Part shown: positions 55,244 to 64,000 of the stretch, in pieces
Position numbering within the stretch: the first letter of the stretch is position 1
How the letters are laid out: every line of letters begins with the position of its first letter
NCBI GenBank assembly: GCA_043228905.1
Contig: JBHGNT010000009.1
Location: 19,158,001 to 19,222,000 of the forward strand
DNA from: Azolla caroliniana
Lineage: Eukaryota; Plantae; Polypodiophyta
Length of the DNA stretch: 64,000 nucleotides
Direction of reading: 5' to 3'
The notes under the pieces: model-generated
What the model saw: the letters and a program-made list of their open reading frames with translations, nothing else
What the model was told of the DNA's origin: nothing
Database searches by the model: none
Program-made: the position numbers and the translations under genes

Positions 55244-57427
55244 TCATGTTTCCTCTGTCACATACTCTTCCATCCAATGAAACAAGCCTTTTCTTAGAAT
55301 CATTCCCCAAGCGTTAGATGCCACTACAATTTTACTATGTTCTTGTAATTTGTTGAGTAAGGCAAGGTATACTCTAAAATCAACTATTGCCCTTTCTTCT
55401 TGTCCTTCGGGTCTACAAAAGAGAGCCTTTATATTTGTCTCGCTTGGTTCAAATCCATCATCTTTCACCATCTCAAAGAAAAAGTTACAAGCTTCTACTA
55501 CCTTGTTAACCTTACACAACCCCGCAACAATGGTTGTAAAGATAAAAGGATCAAAAACAATTGCAGAGTTTTTCTGGTCGTGGAAAACCTCAAGAATTTC
55601 ATCAATCTTCCCCAGCTTACAAAGACAGTGAAATAAAGGTATGTATGTATAGCTATCCCGATCACAGTCTTTGCTTTGCATCTCGTGAAAGAGGTTCATT
55701 GCCATGTTTATATCATTTCCCTTGCATGCCGCATTTATCATTATGTTGTATGCATGTGAAGTCACTGGGTTACCACGATTTATTGTTTCATTGAACAATT
55801 GATAAGCCAAATCCACTCTATTTACATCACAAAGACCCTTAAGCACCGACTTGTACGGCATACCCATTACACTGAAATCCTTATCTAACATCAAATTGAA
55901 GGTGTCAATTGTTTGGTCAGGACACACTTTGCATAAACAGATTAACAGTGAAGTGCAAGAAGCTGATGTCGGAACATATCCCTCTGAGATCATCATTGAG
56001 AAAAGACTATGGGCTTCATGTTTCATATTCACCTTCGAAAGACCCTCTATCATGATATTGTAAGCTGCAGCATTTGGCCCACATTTCTTCTTCTTCATAT
56101 CATCAAAGTAATTATATGCCTCTTTTATTCGTCCAACTTTGCATAATCCCTTAATAAGAAGGCAATATGTTGTTGCATTAGGCCAATATTGCTTATTTAA
56201 CATATCATTAAACAACCCACATGCTTCATCCATTCTATCTAGTCTACAATATCCAATGATCAAAATGTAATACACAATTTGGTTTACTTTTCCACCACTT
56301 TCAAGTACTTCATCCAAGAATCTTTTGCCTTCATCGATTCTCCCTCCTTTGCAAAATCCATCAACTAAGACAGTATATGTAATGGCATTTGGTTCACATT
56401 CTTCTTTTCTCATGCGCTGCAAGTAGTACATAGCATCATCCACTCTACCCACCTTACAATGACCTTTGATCAAAGCACTGTAAGTTACCACATTTGGCAT
56501 GATTCCAGAGTCTTTCATATCTGAGAATAATTGTAATGCCTTCTCGATGTTTCCTACATTGCAAAAACCATCTATCAATGTAGTCCACGTGACTCTACCC
56601 ATTTGAACATTCAGCTTTTTCATGTCACTAACCACTTCTAATGCATCATCCATTCGCCCCGATTCAGAAAACCCGTGGATCATCATGTTAAATGCGAATT
56701 CATTCACTAGATCAAAATCTGAAACTAGCTCTCGATAGATCTCTATAGCCAAATGGAGTTTCTGACCCTTGACAAGAATACTTAATAGTGCATTGTAGAC
56801 ATACATAGTGGCTGAGACTCCGAAATTCCGCATTTCTCTGAGTGCATTAATAGCATCATCGTACTTTCCAAGCTCGCCATAGCTTTTGATAAGAACAATG
56901 AAATAATCAGGTTTGAGTTCAAATCCTGCTAGCTTCATCTCTTCGAGAAGTTCCCAAATCTTGCCAAATTCCTTACCTTGTGCCAAAATCCACATTAGAG
57001 CAACATATGTGGAGGAATTATGAGCATAGTTGGGTTGTTTCATGGCCCATTCAAAGAGATGGATGGCCCTCTCCACATCTTCAATGGTTTTTAGGGTTTC
57101 AGAAATATGGGAAGGTGTGATTGAGATGCAGAGTTTATCCAGGGATGGACCAATCTCAGCTAAATGCAGCTTTGTTCGAACTATTGAAGACATTTGCTGT
57201 ATCTCTACAGGTCGATCCAACAGGGGTAAGCTGAGAGGCCGATTGACACGACGCTGAGGATGATCCCTGCTACCTCTGGAGAATCTAGGCCGTACAGGGG
57301 GGTAATAATGCTCAACGGGGACTAGATCTTTCTTCAGAAGCTCAACGGGTTCTGGGATCTCTCTGCAGCTCAATCTGGTGGGATCAGAGAGCAGCTGAGA
57401 CGATGCTCTGCTGCAGCGAGTCTTCAT
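55244..57427 (-). CDS. P-class pentatricopeptide repeat protein, 727 aa, intronless, probably organelle-targeted
   Basis: About 15 tandem 35-aa motifs (e.g. VTYSALIKGHCKVGRVDDAMYYLQRMRKEECEPNA). R/S/P-rich N-terminus. No E or DYW domain. Confidence 0.93.
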   Translation of the reverse strand: MKTRCSRASSQLLSDPTRLSCREIPEPVELLKKDLVPVEHYYPPVRPRFSRGSRDHPQRRVNRPLSLPLLDRPVEIQQMSSIVRTKLHLAEIGPSLDKLCISITPSHISETLKTIEDVERAIHLFEWAMKQPNYAHNSSTYVALMWILAQGKEFGKIWELLEEMKLAGFELKPDYFIVLIKSYGELGKYDDAINALREMRNFGVSATMYVYNALLSILVKGQKLHLAIEIYRELVSDFDLVNEFAFNMMIHGFSESGRMDDALEVVSDMKKLNVQMGRVTWTTLIDGFCNVGNIEKALQLFSDMKDSGIMPNVVTYSALIKGHCKVGRVDDAMYYLQRMRKEECEPNAITYTVLVDGFCKGGRIDEGKRFLDEVLESGGKVNQIVYYILIIGYCRLDRMDEACGLFNDMLNKQYWPNATTYCLLIKGLCKVGRIKEAYNYFDDMKKKKCGPNAAAYNIMIEGLSKVNMKHEAHSLFSMMISEGYVPTSASCTSLLICLCKVCPDQTIDTFNLMLDKDFSVMGMPYKSVLKGLCDVNRVDLAYQLFNETINRGNPVTSHAYNIMINAACKGNDINMAMNLFHEMQSKDCDRDSYTYIPLFHCLCKLGKIDEILEVFHDQKNSAIVFDPFIFTTIVAGLCKVNKVVEACNFFFEMVKDDGFEPSETNIKALFCRPEGQEERAIVDFRVYLALLNKLQEHSKIVVASNAWGMILRKGLFHWMEEYVTEET

Positions 57428-57502
57428 GGAGGAAGGTAAGCAGGGCCAAAAAGAGAAACAGAAGTGTCTCTGTCTCTATCTCTGACTCTGTCTACCTCTC
57501 TC

Positions 57503-57628
57503 TAGGGTTTCTTCTGATTAGGGTTTCTTCTGATTAGGGCAAAAAGGGAAATGTCTTATCTCTCTCTAGGGTTTCTGATTAGGTCATTCATATGTGGGCC
57601 AATATGTCTCTCTAGAGTTGGACACGTG
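57503..57628 (-). promoter_or_regulatory. PPR gene proximal promoter/5' UTR: three telo-boxes, site II motif, G-box
   Basis: AAACCCTA on minus at 57503-57510, 57519-57526 and 57567-57574; TGGGCC 57595-57600; CACGTG 57623-57628. Confidence 0.6.
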
Positions 57629-57670
57629 GCACCCACTTATTGGCTACCGGAATCTGTTGTGCTCTCAGGC

Positions 57671-57846
57671 CGATACCTCATACCTTGGGCCGTTGCCGCC
57701 CGCCTCAAAAGCCTCTCAGAAGAAGAAAACAAAAAGCAAAAGCATATGTGGCGGATGAGACCAGTCCCGATAAGCGATACCTCATACCTTGGGGCTCTGG
57801 CTGCAGCCCGCCTCAAAAGCCTCTTAGAAAAAAGAAAAAAAAAGCA
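57671..57846. repeat. Direct repeat of about 70 bp, two copies
   Basis: CGATACCTCATACCTTGGG...GCCCGCCTCAAAAGCCTCT at 57671 and 57775. Confidence 0.8.
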
Positions 57847-57958
57847 TTCAGACCCTTTTCGGGTTGCGATACCCAGGATCCTACAAATGTTTTGGGGTAT
57901 GGAAGCATTCAATTCCCTCAGCCACCTTTAGCTTGAAGTCTTAGTAAGTATATGGGAC

Positions 57959-58012
57959 ATAGATAGATAGATTATATTATCGTCTTCAGAGGTCACATAT
58001 GACCTCAGAGAC
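57959..58012 (-). mobile_element. About 50-bp 3' tail of the same LINE family
   Basis: Reverse complement GTCTCTGAGGTCATATGTGACCTCTGAAGACGATAATATAATCTATCTATCT matches ~41864-41915. Confidence 0.8.
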
Positions 58013-58641
58013 AGAGATATAGAGACTTTGTCTATGACGAAATCGAAGCCAAACATAGTCTTGTAATTAGGTTTGAAAGAGTTTCCTATATATGGACATA
58101 CATGTATGGCAACCATAGTCTTGGCTCCAAGTGACCACAAAACTGTCTTCGGAGCATATGTCTCAAATATTGACGATTGTTGTGGGAAAACCAAGGTGGA
58201 CGGACAAATGTTTGTACTAAGAAACGTATGGTTAGCCTAGATTGATTAGCTATAACATATCATTTAGAAGGATGTATAGATAACATTTATTCGTTGGTTA
58301 TGAGAAAAACAACGTGGGCACACTTCTTGTATACCACAACAGGGTTGCCCAAAATAATTACCTCTTAATTAAAGTCGTTGGAGTTTAGAGAGATTTTTAC
58401 AAATCCATTGAAGATACGTTATTTTTCTCACACTAGACAATGTTGATTCCTTCCTTCACACAAACACCAAATACACGACATCGGCCTTACCTTTTACCAA
58501 CTCGGTTGTTCGGGTCACTTAATATAGGGTTGTATGAGACTTCCTTCATCCATTGCCAACCATCCTCTGAAAGCAGTATTTTGTGTTGATTGTTTCCTCT
58601 TCACCTTGCAAAATCATTTCCACAATCTCATCTATTGTAGC

Positions 58642-61600
58642 TGTAAAGAATCGATGGTGATTCTTGCATAGCGGAAGAGATGTGTGTTATGTGTATGTGT
58701 GAGAGGAATTAGAGGAGAGATGAGAGAACACAAGATAGATAAAAAAAAGGAATACTCAAGAAGAAGGTGTATATTTCACAAGTAGAATAAGAATTACAAA
58801 ATGTACCATAATAAGGAGTCACAACCAACTTAGTATGAAGTATGAGGAGGGTGCTTTATATAGAGTCACTCTCTCTCTTCATTAACTTTACAACAACCAC
58901 TCTCTCTCTTGGGGAATGTGAAGACTCATAGTCATGGGGAATATGTAACTCATTAGTTATGTGTCATAGAATATGATTCTATGACACATAGTTAATGTGT
59001 AGAGAGTAGTGGTGGGACTCTTGACCTTTGAGTAATCATAGATTCTCAAAAGGTGTGTTCACACGTTGCACTATGTTAAGCTTGATTCTCAACACGCCCC
59101 CTCAAGCTCAACTTGGGTCGGTTCCTTTTGATTGATGTCCACTTCGGCTTGTATCCGGTTCGGACGATCCCCGGTGTTCGCTTCGGCTCGTATCCGATTC
59201 GGACGATATCCGGTTCTCGCTTGTACTCCCCCTCAAGCTTGGCAAGTCAGGAATCGTCAATCCGAGGTCTGACATGAATTGCCGAAGCTTGTCGGCTCCT
59301 AAGGCTTTGGTGAAGATGTCGGTTGTCTGAAGATTAGTGTTGATGTGTTGAAGGTCGACATCTCCGGCCAGTACGCGCTCTCGAATGAAGTGATAGTGCA
59401 CTTTCGATATGCTTTGTGCGTGCGTGGAACACCGGGTTCCGAGCCAGATATATACTACTCATGTTGTCGTAGTAAATGGGAGTCAGATCCTTGATGGGGA
59501 CGCCAAGATCCTTCAAAATCCTCTTGAGCCATACGGCTTCACATGCACCTACGACTACACCCTTGTATTCGGCCTCCATACTCGAAAATGCGACAGTAGG
59601 CTGCTTCTTACTACTCTAAGATATTGCTCCGCTACCAAGCGAGAAGACAAATCCGGAGGTCGATTGTTGATCAGCTTTGTAGCCTGCCCAATCCGTGTCT
59701 ATGTACCCTTTGAGTCGTATTGGTGGGTCCGATGCGTAGAGAACGTCGTAATCCATTGTGCCACTCACATATCGTAATACCTGCTTAGCGCAATCGAAAT
59801 GGATATCTCGCGGAGTTTGTATGAATTGGCTAAGGAGTCCGATTGGATAGTTAAGGTCGGGTTGAGTGATCGTGAGATAGATGAGGCACCCGATCAGTTG
59901 ATGATATTGGGTCGGCTCGCACTCGTCTATGCCAAAGTCAGCATCTAGTTTGAGGTTTCGATCAAGAGGCGTAGCGACCAATTTGCACTCAGTCATCCGG
60001 AACTTGTATAACAAGTTGAGGATGTTGTGTTGTTGAGAGATCAAAATGTCGGCCGGAGTCCGAATTACCTCGATGCCTAGGAAGTAATGAAGCTCCTTCA
60101 TGTTCGTCATCTTGAATTTGTTGGAGAGGAGGGACTTCACCTTGTTGATGTCGACAAAATGCTCACCTCCAATAACCAGATCATCCACGTAGAGGATGAT
60201 GACAATTAGACTTCTAGAGTCGTGGCGTATGTAGAGGGAGTTGTCAAATTTCGACATTCGAAATCCGATTTGATGAAGATATTGCGTAATCTTCGAATGC
60301 CAAGCACGTGGTGCTTGCTTGAGGCCGTAGAGTGGCTTCTTGAGTCGGCACACGACTTTCGAATGAATGTGTGATTCGAAGTCGAGAGGTTGTACCATGT
60401 ACACCTCTTCTAATTCGCCTTGGAGGAAAGCAATCTTGACGTCCATCTGGTGGAGGTGCCACCCTTTCGCCGTTGCGAATGCAATTACGGTTCGCACCGT
60501 TGTCATCTTTGCCACCTCACCTTGTAGATCCATCTACAGCCAGTTGCCTTCTTGTGCGGTGAGTGGGGAACGAGATCCCATGTCTCGTTCTTACATAGTG
60601 CACGCATCTCCTCGTTCATTGCTTCGATCCATCGCGGGTCCTTCGCAACTTCGGAAAATGTTTCCGGCTCCCGTAATGTTGCTACCTTCATCATAAAGGC
60701 GTAATGGTACACCATGTAATCGTTGTAGCCGAATCGGCTTACGGGGTTCTTTTCACAGGTGGATCAGTGGAGCTTCTCATTTGCGGATACTATGGCTCTC
60801 CGCTCCATTTGTCCAGATCTCAAGGCCTTTGAGCTCACTATCGAGGGAGTGAGTCGATTCGTTGCCGTCGAAGTGATCGTCTTCATACTCCGGCTTTGTC
60901 CATCTTCGGACTCAGCCAAGATGTGCTTTGATCGCTTGGGGGCTCTTGCGGCCCAGTAAGCCTTGTCGTAATTGGGCTTTCTTCGAACATGTGTGTGAGT
61001 CGATCTTCGGCTTCTATCTCTATTTCGGCGTATTCTAGGTCGAGCGGAATCGGAGTCGAAGTTGTCTCTCGTGCATACCAAGATGCGGACTCGTCGAAAA
61101 CGACGTCTTGACTTAATCGAGATTGTAGCACTTGTACCCCTTTTGCTCCAGTGAGTATCCTACAAGGATACATTTCTCCGACTTCAGGTCGAGCTTTTGA
61201 CGCTTCTCGTCGGGGATGTGCACACGCAATGGAACCGAATATCCAAACATGTGATAGGTCCGGCTTCATGCACACCCAATGTTGTACACCGATTCATGAG
61301 GTATACGACCGTGTTAGTCGCTTCTGCCTAGTACGACTTCGGCACATGCTTTTCGTTCAGCATGGCCCGTGCTATTTTGAGGATGTGCCGATTCTTTTGT
61401 TCGGCCACTCCATTTTGTTGTGGTGTATGTCGACACGAAAACTCTTGCTGAATTCTTTCTTTCCTTAGATACGCCGTAAACTCATCCGAGAAATATTCCT
61501 TCCCTCCATCCCACCGAAGACATCGTACATGTCGGACCATGGCTTTCCTCGACTTCATTCTTGAATTTTTGGAAGTGTCCGAACAGTTCGCTCTTTTGCC

Positions 61601-62445
61601 ACATCAGGTAGATCCAAGTGTGCCTAGAGAAGTCGTTGATGAAGGTCACGTAGTATTGGCATCCGCCGAATGTCGTTGTCTGAGCCGGACCCCATACATT
61701 GGAATGAATTACGTTGAGTACGCCTTTGCTCACGTTTCGCTCCTTCGAAAATGGGTGCCAATGTTGCTTACCGAATTTGCAAGCGGCACACACACCTTCA
61801 ATCTCTTTCTCCGTGAATTTCGGGAGCCCGATGATGACTCCTTTCGATTGCATTGCCTTGAGCTTTTGGAGGTTGATATGGCCAATCCGCTTGTGCCATA
61901 ACTCTATGTCAGAATATGCTTTCATGCCCTTTGCGAACATGGCCGATTTCATCTTGTGTGAGTCGAGAATGAACATTCATCCCTCTCTTCGTCTACGAGC
62001 GATGAGTTGGCCCTCTTTTTCGATGAAGCAACCGCCTTGATTAAATCATACTTGCATTCCTTGCTCTACAATTTGGCCGACGGAGACCAAATTCTTCGTG
62101 ATAGTTGGTACATGCAAGACATTTTTAATATAAGTTTGCTTACCTTCTTCTCCGAACGGAACATTGCCGATGTGTCGAATCGGGTGCGTAGTGTCGTCTC
62201 CGGTTTGAACATAGCCAGGTCAGTCCGGCTCTCGAAATTCTCGAAACCATTCTTAATGCGACATCATATGGTTCGAGGCACCGGAATCGACGAACCATAT
62301 GTCTTCCGGACCGAAGGCATTAGTAGAAGTAGAGGCCAACATAGAATTTGCTTTATGTCTCATCACGAACATTCCGCCGCGATCGTCATAGTCGGAGTTG
62401 ATGGCGTAGTTGGTGAGTTGTCGGCTATTGGAAGCCAACTCACGT
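58642..62445 (-). mobile_element. Element N: degenerate Copia related to D/J (3' LTR plus pol), interrupted at 62446
   Basis: LTR ~58642-59094, PPT 59095-59106, RH/RT/INT/PR fragments (ILYVDDL, WFVDSGAS). Confidence 0.88.
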
Positions 62446-62854
62446 TGTCGTGAAGATCCATCACTATGTGCGGATTGTGAGGCGGAACCGTCGGGGTTCT
62501 GGACCGGAAGGACTCAAAGTACGCACAAGCTTTAGCGAGAAAGTATTTAAGATAGATTGAGAGAGAGAGAAATTGAGGTTAAACACTTGACTTTAGATTG
62601 AGGGAGATTGAAATGGAGAGAGAGATTAAGATTGAACTTTTAACTTTTAGATTTAAGAATCAAGATATATCATCAATTGGATTACAAGTTTCTTATTTGA
62701 TCATCCAAAAATTTTACATTAGTCCTTTCATGTTTTTCCTCCCCTCTTTTATAGATGCCCTCATGCATTTGAGGGTACAAGACATGCATGAAATGCATGT
62801 TTGCCATTTGGCGCTCATGTATTACATGTGGTGCATGATAACCATGTCACTAAT
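62446..62854 (-). repeat. 3' part of an A-like Gypsy LTR, interrupted by O
   Basis: Minus-strand end GTCCAGAACCCCGACGGTTCC...CACGACA resembles A's GTCCAAGACCTCTGTGGTTCC...CACGACA. TATA and CATGCA motifs present. Confidence 0.6.
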
Positions 62855-62896
62855 TGTAAATGTGAGTGTTTGCGGAAGCGTAAAATAGAGAACAAC

Positions 62897-62927
<31 letters not shown>

Positions 62928-64000
62928 GAGAGACAGAGAGAGCAGAACGTAATTTCAAAATTATATCAAGACTCTGTATACACACTGTGCTAAGTAGCAC
63001 TACTTATACAAGTCCTCTTGGGACTGACAGAAGTACCATGTACTTCAATGCTCACACGAGCATCTGACACTTACTACGAGACTATAGCTACCTAGTAGTC
63101 TATCCTATACTAGGTTTCCGATTGGACTGCCAGTTACGGATTGCACCCGGCTTCTACTGCTTGCCGGTTCGGTTGCTCACCGTCATACCGATCCGTTTCG
63201 CCCGATCCATCTCGCTTACCGACTCTGGCTTATTCAGCCGATCCGGCTCCGGTTGAGCTTGCCGCTCAACACTCCCCCTCAAGCTCAACCTGAGGTGGGG
63301 TCGTAGTGTCGACCTCTGTGGCAGTCGGTTCTTTCAACCGACTTCTCCTGGCGTCACTCCGCCTTGCTCGCGCTCCTCGTCCGGTCTGGTCCCATTTGCC
63401 GCGACCCCTTTGGTTCTGCGTGCCTCGACCCTCTCGGTCGGCATGTCTGCTCAATAGGCCCATCTCAGCACTCACGTTGCTGTGACTCCGGCGCTTGCCG
63501 ATCCGTCGGTTCTCCCACGATGGCATCGACTTCCGCTATATCCGTGTCCCCTTGGCCTTCAGTCGATCCGACTCGTCCGGATCCATCTATTGATCCGAGT
63601 CAGCTGTCTCCGACTCGTTCCAACTCTTGTCCGAATCGGTACACTCCGATTCGACTTCCGGCTTCAAGCCTCTCACCACATCGGACCACTTCCGAGTCTT
63701 GGCCTTCTCCATGCTTCCCTCAGCTTCTTCAGCCGGGGAACCGAAATCGAATTCTTCATTCGACTCCGCATCATGGTCAGTACCGTCGTGATGACCTCCG
63801 CACAGCATGCACTTCCCTTCCTGAGTGCACAACTCTTCTTCACAGCCGCTTGCTCCGATCTGTTCGGATGTGTCGACTTGCTTCGTCGACTCGGCTTCCT
63901 TCATCTTCTTGTCTCCTCTTCTTCCGGCTCTCCTCTTACCGACGGGTTCAACAATTTTTTGGCCTTTGCCCGTTTCGGTAGAGACTTTGCCCTTGCTTCT
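62855..64000 (-). mobile_element. Element O: 3' end of a D-family Copia (LTR ~62855-63271, PPT, Pol extension)
   Basis: LTR homologous to D and K2, PPT 63272-63282, reading frame ending PQVELEGEC. Confidence 0.85.

Noticed and set aside
57551-57931. 126-aa ORF divergent from the PPR gene
   Set aside because: Made of promoter motifs and a 70-bp direct repeat; no coding signature.

Overview
This is plant nuclear DNA, probably from a non-seed plant such as a fern or lycophyte (inferred from the retrotransposon types). About 90% is a deeply nested LTR-retrotransposon cluster, and it holds one host gene, an intronless P-class PPR gene (55244-57427, minus). Two elements look intact and young: Ty3/Gypsy element A (1-6711; tRNA-Trp PBS; gag-protease and RT-RH-INT in separate frames) and Tnt1/Tork-like Copia E (26196-31885; one ORF; near-identical LTRs; TSD ATGCG). 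Target-site duplications and split LTRs resolve a six-level nest: LINE > H > G > K1 > K2 > E. Main observations: (1) three Gypsy-type LTR families carry an antisense tRNA-gene-like A-box/B-box module in U3; (2) the Tcn1-like chromovirus G combines that module with a perfect four-unit heat-shock element and a Tf1-type self-priming site instead of a tRNA PBS; (3) A has a GGAUUUU plus pseudoknot -1 frameshift signal placed after the protease; (4) one Copia family has a variable acidic/Arg-rich Pol extension after RNase H, bracketed by two PPT-like motifs. Element letters are my own labels. Lineage names come from motif recognition, not database searches.
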